From: an uncultured bacterium | GTDB taxonomy: Bacteria > Macinerneyibacteriota > Macinerneyibacteria > Macinerneyibacteriales > DSCS01 | Assembly: GCA_964548195.1 (NCBI GenBank) | Contig: CAZJQC010000002.1 | Coordinates: forward strand, 32,001-96,000 | Reading direction: 5' to 3' | Length of the DNA stretch: 64,000 nucleotides | Shown: positions 17,755 to 28,124 of the stretch, in pieces | Layout of the letters: each line of letters begins with the position of its first letter | Numbering within the stretch: position 1 is the first letter of the stretch | The notes under the pieces: generated by a model | Told to the model about the DNA's origin: nothing | Seen by the model: only the letters and a program-made list of their open reading frames with translations | Database searches by the model: none | Translations under genes and position numbers: made by a program

Positions 17755-18275
17755 TGCATCCTGTTTAAATATTCTTCATAGCCGAGTTCCGAAAGATCTG
17801 AATTTTTTTTCAGCACATCCTGCTTCATCTGCTCGACATAGGCCGCGAGCCTGTCCCTTACGGCGTCATCGTTGAGAGCGAGTATTCTGGCCGCAAGCAC
17901 AGCGGCATTTTTCGCTCCGGCCTTGCCTATGGCGACCGTGGCTACGGGAATGCCCGACGGCATCTGCACGATGGAATAGAGAGAATCGACTCCCCCCAGA
18001 TCAGATGTCACCATCGGCACCCCGATCACCGGAAGCAGCGTGGCTGCGGAAAGGACTCCGGGGAGATGCGCGGCCTTCCCGGCGGCGGCGATGATCACCT
18101 TTACCCCGCGCGCTTCCGCGGTGGCGACCGTTTCAAGTGCCTTTTCAGTCGTCCTGTGCGCGGAAAGAATATAAAAATTGAAATCTATGCCCATGGCTTT
18201 TAAAAGATCAGCCGTGAGCCTCATCACGGACAGGTCGGAATCGCTTCCTATGTAGATCTCGACTTTCTCAGACAT
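17751..18275 (-). CDS. purE: N5-CAIR mutase
   Basis: GSDSD, SAHRT, AGKAAHLPG, SIVQMPSGIPVATV. Confidence 0.97.
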   Translation of the reverse strand: MSEKVEIYIGSDSDLSVMRLTADLLKAMGIDFNFYILSAHRTTEKALETVATAEARGVKVIIAAAGKAAHLPGVLSAATLLPVIGVPMVTSDLGGVDSLYSIVQMPSGIPVATVAIGKAGAKNAAVLAARILALNDDAVRDRLAAYVEQMKQDVLKKNSDLSELGYEEYLNRMQ

Positions 18276-19056
18276 CTCTGCCTCCTTTGACCATCTTTAA
18301 AAGATAAATACTCAATATTATCATCCCTGCGGAAAGTAATTGCCCCATGGTTATAAACCCGAATGCCAGGTATCCGATCTGGGTGTCAGGAACGCGGAAA
18401 AATTCAATGGCTATTCGGAACACCCCGTAGGTAACCCCGAAATACGGACCCAACAAGCGGAGGTCTTTTGTCTTCCTGAAGATAAAAAACAAGATAAAAA
18501 ACAATACGACACCCTCAAGAAATGCCTCATACAGCTGGGTGGGGTGGCGGGGCCAGGGCCCCGCTTCGGGAAAGACCACGCCCCAATTGCCCCCGGTCGG
18601 TTTCCCCCATAGCTCACCGTTTATAAAATTTGCGATCCTTCCGAAAAAAAGCCCCGCCGGTGCCAAAAGAGCCTCTGCGCCAAGCAAGGTCGACAAACGC
18701 ATCTTTTTCTTCCTGCAGAAATAGTATGTGGCGGCGAGGACGCCCGCGAAACCTCCATGGAAAGACATGCCGCCTTCCCACACCTTGAATACCGAGAGCG
18801 GATATCTGATATAGTTAGGCAGATCATATATCAATATGTATCCTATGCGCCCTCCGACGATGACTCCCAGCGCAAGGTAAAACCAGAGGTCCTCGATATC
18901 GCTTTTCTTCATCCTCAGATAGTCAAGTGAAACGAGGCGCTTCATCCCAAAATATGCCAGAGTCAGGCCGGCGATATAGGCCAGCGGATACCATCTCAGT
19001 CCGAATATTCCCCAAATATGGAGTATTTCAGGGTCAATATCATGTATCCAGTACAT
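18268..19056 (-). CDS. lgt: Prolipoprotein diacylglyceryl transferase
   Basis: RWY, GGRIGY, WEGGMSFHGG, GRIANFINGELWG, HPTQLYE, EFFRVPD. Confidence 0.97.
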   Translation of the reverse strand: MYWIHDIDPEILHIWGIFGLRWYPLAYIAGLTLAYFGMKRLVSLDYLRMKKSDIEDLWFYLALGVIVGGRIGYILIYDLPNYIRYPLSVFKVWEGGMSFHGGFAGVLAATYYFCRKKKMRLSTLLGAEALLAPAGLFFGRIANFINGELWGKPTGGNWGVVFPEAGPWPRHPTQLYEAFLEGVVLFFILFFIFRKTKDLRLLGPYFGVTYGVFRIAIEFFRVPDTQIGYLAFGFITMGQLLSAGMIILSIYLLKMVKGGRDV

Positions 19057-19834
19057 CGTCCGCCCTCCTTCGCGCGCTCAAATATCTCAGAAGCTCCGAA
19101 AATTTCTCAACCGAAACGTCCTGCGCGCGCGTCCTTTCCGATATATGAAGCTCGTCAAGGCAGGCGGCGACCGTTTCGCGGCTGAACACCCTTCGCAGAT
19201 TGTTGTTAAGAGTTTTCCGCCTTTCCCGAAATGACTCAAAGATTATATCCACAGTCTCCTTCTTGTCAAACAATCCGGGCAAGCCGGTCTTTGTCTTCAG
19301 CGAAACGAGCGCCGAATCCACATTTGGCGGGGGAAAAAACGATCCCCTTCTAACGGTCCTCAAATAGTGCACATCGAACATGGTCTGGACATATACCGTA
19401 AACCCGTTGTAATTGACAGTGCCGGGAGACGTGGTAAGATTTTCGCCGACCTCCTTCTGCACCATGATCACGGCTTCATCGATGTTCTTCCTGTACTGCA
19501 CTATTCTGTTAATGATAGGCTTTGTAATATAATACGGCAGATTACCCGCCACAAATATATTATGGGAAAGATCAAGAGGTATGTCAAGCACATTACCTTC
19601 GATCACCCTATCCCTTCCGGCGATTTTCACAAGCCCCGGTATCATATCCCTGTCAAGTTCTATGACATATACGTCGACACCTTCCAAAGCGACCAGCATC
19701 TCCGTAAGTATGCCGGTCCCCCCGCCGATCTCGACCACCGTGGCACAGCCGGACTTTTTTACCTCATCGCCTATGATCTTTAAAACCGCAGGATTGTTAA
19801 GAAAATTCTGGCCAAAACGTCTTTTAGGTTGCAA
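19040..19834 (-). CDS. rsmA: 16S rRNA m6,2A1518/1519 dimethyltransferase
   Basis: KRRFGQNFL, VEIGGGTG, GNLPYYIT, MVQKEV, FFPPPNVDS, RRKTL; probable TTG start at 19834 behind AGGAG. Confidence 0.95.
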   Translation of the reverse strand: MQPKRRFGQNFLNNPAVLKIIGDEVKKSGCATVVEIGGGTGILTEMLVALEGVDVYVIELDRDMIPGLVKIAGRDRVIEGNVLDIPLDLSHNIFVAGNLPYYITKPIINRIVQYRKNIDEAVIMVQKEVGENLTTSPGTVNYNGFTVYVQTMFDVHYLRTVRRGSFFPPPNVDSALVSLKTKTGLPGLFDKKETVDIIFESFRERRKTLNNNLRRVFSRETVAACLDELHISERTRAQDVSVEKFSELLRYLSARRRADDVLDT

Positions 19835-20090
19835 TGATCTCCTCTTTTTCAAGGACATAAAGCTCAGCAGCCCTCTGTTTTGAGACATTCTTCGTCGCAG
19901 GCACTTCGGCTACCCGCACGGTGATCCTCCTGCCGAATGATTCGAGTGTAAACGTGTCGCCCGCGGAAAGCTCATGAGAAGCTTTCACAGCCGTGCCGTT
20001 TATGGTTATCTTCCCCGAATCACATAGCAGTTTGGCCGTTGACCGCTGCTTTACAAGGCGGGATAACTGGAGAAATTTATCCGTTCTCAT
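19824..20090 (-). CDS. S4-domain RNA-binding protein (YabO/RqcP/Hsp15-like)
   Basis: MRTDKFL..SRLVKQRSTAK..CDSGKITING..KASHELSAGD. Confidence 0.88.
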   Translation of the reverse strand: MRTDKFLQLSRLVKQRSTAKLLCDSGKITINGTAVKASHELSAGDTFTLESFGRRITVRVAEVPATKNVSKQRAAELYVLEKEEIIAT

Positions 20091-21319
20091 TGCATTATCT
20101 CTATAAAATACTTGTCTTTAAGAGAATCGTATATTCTGTCTATCTCTTTTACTATCTTATCCGAATAAATCATGTTCTTGACATAGTTCCTCACGTCATC
20201 GTATTCCATCTGTTTGGCCGGAGTCTTGTCCTTCAAGTATACAAAGGTCAATCCGTTGTTGATATAGTCGACCTCCGAGATCTCCCCGGGCATAAGTCCG
20301 CTGATCTGTTTGTATATGTACTCGTTTATCTCAGACTGGCCGACACCTTCAAAGGGTATAAAACTGACATCGGCAGTCTTGCCCCATTCCTGCAGCCCTT
20401 CCATACCGCTTTTGGCGAAAATAGCATGCACATTCTCCGAGTATTTAGCGATCATCTCTTCCGGTATTGACGGCAGACGTATGATGTGCCGGACATTTCG
20501 TCCTTCATCTGAGATGTTTTCAAGATATGCGATATGATAACCGAATTTTGTCTTGAAAGGACGTGATATTTCTCCTTTTTTCATATTCATCACCACATCC
20601 TCGAACTCCTTTACCATATTCCCCTTTTTAACCAAACCAAGATCGCCCCCGCGCTCAGCAGTCGGCCCCTGGGAGTACCGGACGGCGGCATCGGAAAAAG
20701 AGATCTTGTGGGATAATATGTCTTTCCGGAGCTGCAGCAGAAAATCAGAAGTCCGCTGCTCGTCTTCGGCGGTAACAGCTTTCTGTTTGAACCCGATCAC
20801 ATAGGAAAATGAGGCGGGCTTTACAAAACGGGATTTATTGCTCTCATAGAATTTTTCCATCTCTTCGTCCTTGACCGAAATGCCGGGACGTATGACAATG
20901 GAGATATAGTTCTGGACATACATCTCTTCCCTTATCTGCTGACGGTAGATCGACCGTAATGTGTTTTCATCGATGCCCTCCCTGAGAAGAGCGGCCGAGA
21001 AGTTTTCCTCGCTGCCGAAGTTCTTTTTCATATTGGAGATCATCTCATCAAGTTTCTTTTCGACTTCGTCTCCGTCAACTATTATTTCCTCGTTTTCAAG
21101 CGCTTCCATATACAGGACTTTGTTTTTTATCATCTCCTCAAGATGGGCTCTCATCTCTTCGGGTGAAACATCCCCGCCTCTCATCTTGATCTCATTCAAT
21201 TCACTTTCCAATATTATCGTGTCGTTGATGCGGGCGGCTATACTGTCTGTGTAATCAGCAGCATGTATTGAAAGAACAGCCGTCAGCATAGCGGCAAGCA
21301 CTAGGATTAATCTTTTCAT
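20087..21319 (-). CDS. surA: SurA-like periplasmic chaperone/parvulin PPIase
   Basis: Signal peptide, DSIAARINDTIILESEL, FSDAAVRYSQGPTAERGGDLG, MVKEFE, PFKTKFGYHI. Confidence 0.85.
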   Translation of the reverse strand: MKRLILVLAAMLTAVLSIHAADYTDSIAARINDTIILESELNEIKMRGGDVSPEEMRAHLEEMIKNKVLYMEALENEEIIVDGDEVEKKLDEMISNMKKNFGSEENFSAALLREGIDENTLRSIYRQQIREEMYVQNYISIVIRPGISVKDEEMEKFYESNKSRFVKPASFSYVIGFKQKAVTAEDEQRTSDFLLQLRKDILSHKISFSDAAVRYSQGPTAERGGDLGLVKKGNMVKEFEDVVMNMKKGEISRPFKTKFGYHIAYLENISDEGRNVRHIIRLPSIPEEMIAKYSENVHAIFAKSGMEGLQEWGKTADVSFIPFEGVGQSEINEYIYKQISGLMPGEISEVDYINNGLTFVYLKDKTPAKQMEYDDVRNYVKNMIYSDKIVKEIDRIYDSLKDKYFIEIMQ

Positions 21320-21329
21320 GGTCCCTCCG

Positions 21330-22268
21330 TCATTTGTTGAAATAATTCTCATTGACCGTGATCTCATAGCTTCTCTTTTTCAGGGAATTTATCCACTGTG
21401 AGTAGCGCAACTCTCTTTTCTGAAGCAATATTATCTGCTTTATTGTCGGCTCCACCTCAGATAAACTCACCCGTTTCGCGTAGACTTTGCTTTCGATCTT
21501 AAATATGTGATAACGGCCGTATTCGTCCTCAAGTATCTCGGAATACTTCCCTTTTTTCAAGCCGAACAACTCCTTTGATATGTTTTCAGGGAGCTCCTCT
21601 TTTGTGTATACCTTGCCCTGTCCGTCATCAAGGTCCCCGGTGGCCGCTATGTATATATCGTCAAACTTTTCCCCGTTTTTCAGACGCTCATAGGTCTCCT
21701 GCGCTTCATCCAGGGTGTTGAATATCAGCTCCCTGACTTCAACGGATTCAGAATGCTGATAATCGGAGCTGTTGTCCGAGTAATACTTCAGTATTTCCTT
21801 GCTTGTGACGTTTATATTATTATACACCTTCTGCTCTTCGACCAGGCGTATTATCCAATTCCTCCGCAAAAACTCCCTGAACAGCTTTGTGTCCAGTCCG
21901 GATTGCCTGATGAAGGTGTTGAATTCCTGTTCGTCTCCATACTGGCTTGAAATACGGCTCATTTCCTCTTCGATCTGCATCTGGCTCACATCTATTTTTT
22001 CTTTTTTTGCTACATCAAGGATGATCTCCTCATCGATCATGTCCTGCAACACCTTATATTTTATATCCCTTAACTGTTTTTCATTCAGCCCTTCAAGATA
22101 ACGCGCAAGCCTGAAATTAAAGTAATCCTCAAACTCGCCGAGAGTGATGATCTTATCATTGATCTTGGCTATTATTGAACTGCGCTTTATCTCGTCCTTG
22201 TTTTTGCCGCAGGAAAAAAGCAGCGCCGCAAATAAGACCAAGACCGTTAACTTCCTTCTATAAATCAT
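21330..22268 (-). CDS. SurA-N/PrsA-like lipoprotein with divergent parvulin domain
   Basis: Lipobox LLFSC; IAKINDKIIT, QDMIDEEIIL, YGRYHIFKI. Confidence 0.8.
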   Translation of the reverse strand: MIYRRKLTVLVLFAALLFSCGKNKDEIKRSSIIAKINDKIITLGEFEDYFNFRLARYLEGLNEKQLRDIKYKVLQDMIDEEIILDVAKKEKIDVSQMQIEEEMSRISSQYGDEQEFNTFIRQSGLDTKLFREFLRRNWIIRLVEEQKVYNNINVTSKEILKYYSDNSSDYQHSESVEVRELIFNTLDEAQETYERLKNGEKFDDIYIAATGDLDDGQGKVYTKEELPENISKELFGLKKGKYSEILEDEYGRYHIFKIESKVYAKRVSLSEVEPTIKQIILLQKRELRYSQWINSLKKRSYEITVNENYFNK

Positions 22269-23101
22269 AAAAGTCCCTTGTTAATACCGCCGATATTATA
22301 TTTAACCTTTAAGTCGGCCATTAGTTCCTCAGTGACTTCCGCAGCCTTGATGTTGGAAATATGCGCATGTATCATCTTTCTGACTCCGTCCAGTGCCATG
22401 ATGTCATTCTTCCACAATTTGTCCTTCACCGTAAAGACATAATAATACTCTCCGCCCGTTGTGTCTATATATTTAACCGGTTTGACCGCCTTGCCGGAGG
22501 GCGTGGAGATGACTTCGTCCCTTATATTGATATCCAGGTCTGATATCTTTATATATCCCAGGTCTATTTCACCGGGAACACCCTGCACGTCCGCGTTCAG
22601 CCGCCCGAAAAGGCTTAAGGCCTCGTCTTTTTGAGTAAAATGATACACTCCCAGCCAGGCCATCGCTTCCCCGGCGGTAAAATTCTTGCGCTTCATGTTC
22701 TCATAATACCTTGAGATCTCTTCATCGCTTACCGTGACTTTATCATTCACAAAATGCTTTATTGCTTCCATGACCACAAGGTTGCGCATGAAAGAATATG
22801 TCTTTCTCTTGATCTCAGCTCTTATTTCCTTATTGGCGGGGATGCCCGCCTTTTTTGCTTCTTTGTAAAGCATCTCCTGAAAGACCCAGTCATTGACAAG
22901 CCTCATCTTCGCATCATCCGAAGTCGTCTCAGGATCCATGCCCAAATCCGACAAAAGCGATTCGAGGTCTGAATGTGTGACGGATATGCCCTTGCCTGAT
23001 ATCAGCGATTCATTCCCCTTGTGCCCCTGTACCATGATCACGACTGCAGCAGCAAGAACGAGCACAACGGCAGCCGCGATTACTTTTATATGTTTCATCA
23101 T
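22265..23101 (-). CDS. Membrane-anchored PrsA/SurA-like chaperone (degenerate parvulin)
   Basis: N-terminal TM, VNDWVFQEMLYKEAKKAG, VSDEEISRYY, GEIDLGYI; start behind GGAGG. Confidence 0.7.
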   Translation of the reverse strand: MMKHIKVIAAAVVLVLAAAVVIMVQGHKGNESLISGKGISVTHSDLESLLSDLGMDPETTSDDAKMRLVNDWVFQEMLYKEAKKAGIPANKEIRAEIKRKTYSFMRNLVVMEAIKHFVNDKVTVSDEEISRYYENMKRKNFTAGEAMAWLGVYHFTQKDEALSLFGRLNADVQGVPGEIDLGYIKISDLDINIRDEVISTPSGKAVKPVKYIDTTGGEYYYVFTVKDKLWKNDIMALDGVRKMIHAHISNIKAAEVTEELMADLKVKYNIGGINKGLL

Positions 23102-23169
23102 CATCCCTCCGATTCTAAGGATAAAATAAAATACCGGGGTGATAATGTCAATCAATTTCTTGAATAACA

Positions 23170-24615
23170 TCAATATGATTTCTTTTTTTTGTCCTCATAC
23201 ATGGATTTATCGGCCATGTTGATCAGATCATATATGGATATCCTGTCCCCGGGCCGCTTTCGGGCCACCCCGCTGCTGACACTTATCCGATACTCTTCAT
23301 CAGACCCCTCATTAAAGGAATCCATTATTTTTCGCAGACGACGGAACATGTTGTTCATCTCTTCGTCCCGTGCCTCCATGGCAAGCACCACAAATTCATC
23401 GCCGCCTATTCTTGCAATAATATCTGATTTTCTGAACGTACGGTCTTTTAATATATATGCGAACTCCTTAAGCGCTTTATCGCCTTTAATATGCCCGTAA
23501 TTGTCATTGATCGTCTTCAGCCCGTCCATATCAAAATAGACCAGAGCAAGCACCTTTTTGGCCCTCTGCGCCTGGCTTATCAGCTGGTTGCCGAAGGCTA
23601 TGAACCCGCGCCGATTATAAAGCCCTGTCAATTCGTCCAAAAATGCCATGGCCTTGAGAGCGCCTTCCACCTGTTTGCGTTCGGACAGGTCGCTGATAAC
23701 CAGGATCTGCCGCCTGGAGTTTTGAAGCCCTTCGCGCTTTATCTCAAATTTAGCGGGATAAGTCAGGCCGTCCTTTTTTTCAAGTACTGCCTCACCCGCC
23801 GTGGCCTCAAGCACATCATCCGGTATAAAATCCCCGGCCGCCTTCCCCAGGACTTCCTCCTGTGTATAACCGGAAAGTTCCAGAAAAGACCGATTCACAT
23901 CAAGCACATTGCCTTCCTCTATCAGCATTACAGCCTCATGTGAAGCGTTTGACAGGATCTTAAACCTTTGCTCGCTTAGTTTAAGCTGTTTTTCATATTC
24001 CTCAAGCTGCCACAACTTGATGACAAGCTTTTCATTAAGGCTGACCAGCTCGTCCTTGCTTCTTTTTACAGCCCGTTTTAGTTCATTTTTATCCTTGAGC
24101 AACAACTTTTCGACAGTCTTTGCTTCGCTTATGTCTGTCATGGTCAGCGCAAAAAGGCTCTCCCCGATAGCCACACGTTCCATCTCGATGCAGAAATTCG
24201 CATTGTCCGGATCGGGGCACCATTTTTTCCGTTTTTCATCTTCAGTGTTTACCGGGAAACCCGCCGGGATATCCGCAGGCAATGCGGACAGGACATCCTG
24301 GCCGTGAAACAACACCTTCATCAGTGCCGAAGCCGCCCTGTTTGCATCCATGATCTTGGCGTCGGCCGCGTCTATTATAAGCATGCCTTCCGTGACGCTC
24401 ATAAACACCGCATGGTATTTATCTTCCGAGAGATGATACGCCTTTTCAGCTTTTTTTAATCGTATAAGTATGTTTTTTTGAAATGCATAAATTAGTATCA
24501 AACCTAAAAATATTGCAAAAAAACTATATAAATACATCTTATCAGTCGAAATCTGCAGCATAAGCGTTATAATATCTGAAATGATAATTTCACAGCCTGC
24601 AATCAACAAGTCCAT
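23170..24615 (-). CDS. Membrane-anchored PAS-PAS diguanylate cyclase
   Basis: TM helix, two PAS-like regions, DELTGLYNRR, DMDGLKTINDNYGH..GD, RKSDIIARIGGDEF. Confidence 0.93.
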   Translation of the reverse strand: MDLLIAGCEIIISDIITLMLQISTDKMYLYSFFAIFLGLILIYAFQKNILIRLKKAEKAYHLSEDKYHAVFMSVTEGMLIIDAADAKIMDANRAASALMKVLFHGQDVLSALPADIPAGFPVNTEDEKRKKWCPDPDNANFCIEMERVAIGESLFALTMTDISEAKTVEKLLLKDKNELKRAVKRSKDELVSLNEKLVIKLWQLEEYEKQLKLSEQRFKILSNASHEAVMLIEEGNVLDVNRSFLELSGYTQEEVLGKAAGDFIPDDVLEATAGEAVLEKKDGLTYPAKFEIKREGLQNSRRQILVISDLSERKQVEGALKAMAFLDELTGLYNRRGFIAFGNQLISQAQRAKKVLALVYFDMDGLKTINDNYGHIKGDKALKEFAYILKDRTFRKSDIIARIGGDEFVVLAMEARDEEMNNMFRRLRKIMDSFNEGSDEEYRISVSSGVARKRPGDRISIYDLINMADKSMYEDKKKKSY

Positions 24616-24642
24616 TATTTATCCCTCACCATTCAACATTTA

Positions 24643-24671
24643 ACTATAATATGAAAATGTTTCGATATCAA
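24643..24671 (-). promoter_or_regulatory. Sigma70-type promoter of diguanylate cyclase gene
   Basis: TTGATA (24671-24666), N17, TATAGT (24648-24643). Confidence 0.65.
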
Positions 24672-24683
24672 GCTGAGGGATCA

Positions 24684-24715
24684 ATAAAAGAGGGGGGAGA
24701 AGACATCTCCCCCCC
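24684..24715 (-). terminator. Intrinsic terminator after arcB
   Basis: GGGGGGAGA-N5-TCTCCCCCC hairpin followed by TCTTTTAT on minus strand. Confidence 0.85.
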
Positions 24716-24720
24716 GCCAT

Positions 24721-25701
24721 TCATCTGCCTAATGTCGCCACCATAACGGCTTTGATAGTATGCATGCGGTTTTCGGCCTCGTCAAACACCCTTGAGTGTT
24801 TGCTCTCAAAGACTTCATCGGTCACTTCTTTGATGTCAGGGAATTTTTTGGCCATTTCTGTGTCATCATCATGGAACGAGGGAAGGCAATGGAGGAATAT
24901 GGTCTCCTCCTTGCCCGTGCTTCTTACCATGTCCATATCGATCTGATACGGTTTGAGCAATTTTATGCGCTCGGGTATCTGATCCTCCTCGCCCATTGAA
25001 GCCCAGACATCCGTATAGATGACGTCGGCGTCTTTCACCCCTGCCGCAGCATCATCGGTGATGGTGATAGTGGCGCCGTTTTCAACCGCGATCTTTCTGG
25101 CTTCAGATACCAGGGCATCTTCGGGGAAAAGCGATTTGGGCGAGACGATCCTGAAATCCATGCCCATTTTTGCCGCACCTATCATGAGGGAGTTGGCCAT
25201 GTTATTACGTCCGTCTCCTACATATGCGAACACGATCCCCTTAAGATAACCGAAATTTTCCTTGACGGTGAGAAAATCGGCAAGTATCTGGGTCGGATGA
25301 AATTTGTCTGTGAGTCCGTTCCATACGGGAACGCCGGCCCATTCCGCCAGACCTTCCACGGTCTCATGTTTGAACCCGCGGAACTCAATGCCGTCAAACA
25401 TCCTCCCAAGCACACGCGCAGTATCCTTGACAGTCTCTTTTTTTCCAAGCTGTATGTCGTTCTTTCCCAAATATTCCGGATGCGCTCCTTCATCCACACA
25501 GGCCACTGTAAATGCGGCTCTGGTCCTGGTCGATGGTTTCTCAAAAATCAGGGCGATGTTCTTGCCCTCAAGACTTTTGGTCGCAATACCCGCATATTTG
25601 TTTCTTTTGAGCGTCAGAGAGAGATCAAGCAAAAAGGCGATCTCATCGCTGGTAAAGTCCTTCAACTTCAAAAAATGCCTGTTCCTAAGATTAAAAGCCA
25701 T
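24721..25701 (-). CDS. arcB: Ornithine carbamoyltransferase (probably catabolic)
   Basis: EKPSTRT, HPTQ, DVWASMG, HCLP, AENRMH; adjacent to carbamate kinase. Confidence 0.95.
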   Translation of the reverse strand: MAFNLRNRHFLKLKDFTSDEIAFLLDLSLTLKRNKYAGIATKSLEGKNIALIFEKPSTRTRAAFTVACVDEGAHPEYLGKNDIQLGKKETVKDTARVLGRMFDGIEFRGFKHETVEGLAEWAGVPVWNGLTDKFHPTQILADFLTVKENFGYLKGIVFAYVGDGRNNMANSLMIGAAKMGMDFRIVSPKSLFPEDALVSEARKIAVENGATITITDDAAAGVKDADVIYTDVWASMGEEDQIPERIKLLKPYQIDMDMVRSTGKEETIFLHCLPSFHDDDTEMAKKFPDIKEVTDEVFESKHSRVFDEAENRMHTIKAVMVATLGR

Positions 25702-25710
25702 ATATCCTCC

Positions 25711-26658
25711 TTATTTTGTTATTACTGTACCCGTTTTACCTTCCAACGCTTCCTCTATGGTCTCCGGCAAAGTGATTATGACTTTCTCCCCGCCGTTTTC
25801 AATGAAATCAACGGCAGCTTTTATTTTCGGCCCCATGCTCCCTGCCGGGAAATGGCCCTGGTCAAGGTATTCGCGGCATTGCCCGGCGGAGATCCTGTCA
25901 AGGTCCGTCTGATCGGGCTTCCCGAAATTCAGAGAGACCTTCTCGACTCCCGTTGAGATCACAAGCACCTTTGCCCCGATCTCGTTGGCGAGCACCGCGC
26001 TGGCCAGATCCTTGTCTATGACAGCATCAATGCCCTCAAGGCAACCGGAATCATCTCTGTACACCGGGATGCCGCCTCCGCCCACGGTTATTACCACGGC
26101 ACCTGAATCAGAAAGAGCCTTGATGATGTTTTTTTCGATGACCGTCTTCGGTATGGGGGACGGCACCACCCTGCGCCAGCCTCTGCCCGCATCCTCCGAT
26201 ATATGCCAATTGTTCTCGTCGCGCAGCTGCTCGGCCCGGTCCCTGTCATAAAACGGGCCCACCGGCTTGGTGGGGTTCTTCATCTGAGGGTCTTCCGGGT
26301 CCACCAGCACCTGCGACAACACAGTCACGACTTCCCTGTCTATCCCCTCTTTAAGCAATCTGTTCTGCAGTGATTGCTCGATCATATATCCCATACCGCC
26401 CTGTGTGTCCGCAACTATTACGCCCAGCGGGCGGCCGGGAACGTCTTTTTCAATCCCGGCATCCACTCTTAACATCATATTCCCCGCCTGCGGGCCGTTG
26501 CCATGGGTAAGAACAACATCATATCCGCTTTTTATGACATTGATGATCCCCCCAAGAGAAGACCGCGTGTTGGCAAATTCCTCGGCGACCGTACCCTTTT
26601 GGCCCTTTCGGATGATGGCGTTGCCGCCTAAAGCGATGACTACTTTTTCTCTATACAT
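25711..26658 (-). CDS. arcC: Carbamate kinase
   Basis: ALGGNA, THGNGPQ, PTKPVGP, RRVVPSP, GGGGIPV, AVIDKD, GSMGPK. Confidence 0.97.
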   Translation of the reverse strand: MYREKVVIALGGNAIIRKGQKGTVAEEFANTRSSLGGIINVIKSGYDVVLTHGNGPQAGNMMLRVDAGIEKDVPGRPLGVIVADTQGGMGYMIEQSLQNRLLKEGIDREVVTVLSQVLVDPEDPQMKNPTKPVGPFYDRDRAEQLRDENNWHISEDAGRGWRRVVPSPIPKTVIEKNIIKALSDSGAVVITVGGGGIPVYRDDSGCLEGIDAVIDKDLASAVLANEIGAKVLVISTGVEKVSLNFGKPDQTDLDRISAGQCREYLDQGHFPAGSMGPKIKAAVDFIENGGEKVIITLPETIEEALEGKTGTVITK

Positions 26659-26701
26659 ACGAGTTACCTCCGTAAATCCAAATATCCGTCCGTGTTGGGA
26701 G

Positions 26702-26729
26702 ATTATACTTATTTAAATGATTAGTTCAA
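26702..26729 (-). promoter_or_regulatory. Internal promoter for arcC-arcB
   Basis: TTGAAC (26729-26724), N16, TATAAT (26707-26702). Confidence 0.6.
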
Positions 26730-26732
26730 GTG

Positions 26733-26758
26733 AAAAGAGGGAGGGCGTTGCCCTCCCT
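26733..26758 (-). terminator. Intrinsic terminator after arcE
   Basis: AGGGAGGGC-N3-GCCCTCCCT hairpin followed by CTTTT on minus strand. Confidence 0.8.
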
Positions 26759-26769
26759 GCCTGGTCTTG

Positions 26770-28086
26770 TTATTTGATTTTTTCTTTCAGTATCTGCTCC
26801 AGAGTAGGTTCTCCGATTTCCTGAAGTTCATATCCCACACGCACAGCAGGCTGTTTGATGTTGATGACCCTTCTCAGGTCAATGGGGGTGCCTATGATGA
26901 CCAGCTCCGCATCACTGCGGGCTATGGTCTCTTCCAGATCCCTCATCTGATCATCACCATATCCCATGGCGGGAAGCAGAATACCTATTTCGGGATACTT
27001 GTCAAAAGTATCACTTATAGATTTCACCGCAAAGTCCCTGGGATCAATAAGTTCCGCAGCGCCGTATTTCATTGCTGCTATAACGCCAGCTCCGTACTGC
27101 ATCTCGCCGTGAGTAAGCGTAGGTCCGTCTTCGACCACGAGCACGCGTTTGCCGAGTATCTGGTTTCCGTTTTCCACAAAAATGGGAGAAGCGCCGTCAA
27201 CAACGATAGCATTGGGATTGGTGTCGCGGATATTTTCCCTTACTTCCTCTATGCCTTCAAGATCAGCGGTGTCGATCTTGTTTATAACGACCACATCCGC
27301 CATTCTGATATTGGCCTCGCCGGGATAATATGAGACTTCAGCGCCCGCTCTGTGAGGATCGGCAACTACGATCGCCAGATCCGGTTTGTAGAAAGGAAGG
27401 TCATTGTTTCCGCCATCCCACAATATCACATCAGCTTCCTTCTCCGCTTCGCGAAGTATGGCTTCATAGTCAACTCCGGCGTAGATAATGCTGCCCATGG
27501 CGATATGAGGCTCATACTCTTCCATCTCCTCTATGGTGCATTCATGCTTTTTCAGATCCGAGATATCCGCATATCTCTGGACTTTTTGTTTGACAAGGTC
27601 GCCGTAAGGCATGGGGTGTCTTATGGACACGACCTTTTTACCCATTTCCTTAAGTATCTTTACGACTCTTCTGGTCGTCTGGCTTTTACCGCATCCGGTC
27701 CTGGTGGCACAGATGGAGATGACGGGTTTGGTGGATTTGATCATCGTAGTCTTGCCGCCCATCAGCCAGAAGTCGGCTCCCGCCGCATTGGCTATGGATG
27801 ATTTATGCATCACGTCGACATGGCTTTTATCTGAATAGGCAAAAACAACAACATCGATGTCATGATCTTTTATTATGTCTGTCATCTCAGCTTCCGGCTT
27901 GATCGGAATGCCGTTGGGATAAAGTTTTCCGGCTAATTCAGCGGGATACTTTTTGTCGTCTATACCGGGGATCTGTGTGGCTGTGAAAGCGACCACGTCA
28001 TAGTCCTCGTTATCACGGAAAAAGGTGTTGAAATTGTGAAAATCCCTGCCAGCTGCACCAAGTATAAGTACTTTTCTTCTAGCCAT
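26770..28086 (-). CDS. arcE: Arginine synthetase ArcE (COG2403 P-loop protein, often annotated cyclic 2,3-diphosphoglycerate synthetase/GTPase)
   Basis: GAAGRDFHNFN, FTATQIP, TRTGCGKSQT, RHPMPYG, WDGGNND, VEDGPTLTHG, LPAMGY; immediately upstream of arcC-arcB. Confidence 0.85.
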   Translation of the reverse strand: MARRKVLILGAAGRDFHNFNTFFRDNEDYDVVAFTATQIPGIDDKKYPAELAGKLYPNGIPIKPEAEMTDIIKDHDIDVVVFAYSDKSHVDVMHKSSIANAAGADFWLMGGKTTMIKSTKPVISICATRTGCGKSQTTRRVVKILKEMGKKVVSIRHPMPYGDLVKQKVQRYADISDLKKHECTIEEMEEYEPHIAMGSIIYAGVDYEAILREAEKEADVILWDGGNNDLPFYKPDLAIVVADPHRAGAEVSYYPGEANIRMADVVVINKIDTADLEGIEEVRENIRDTNPNAIVVDGASPIFVENGNQILGKRVLVVEDGPTLTHGEMQYGAGVIAAMKYGAAELIDPRDFAVKSISDTFDKYPEIGILLPAMGYGDDQMRDLEETIARSDAELVIIGTPIDLRRVINIKQPAVRVGYELQEIGEPTLEQILKEKIK

Positions 28087-28124
28087 TTCTACCTCCTGAT
28101 AATGTTAGAAACTTTTCTACAGCT

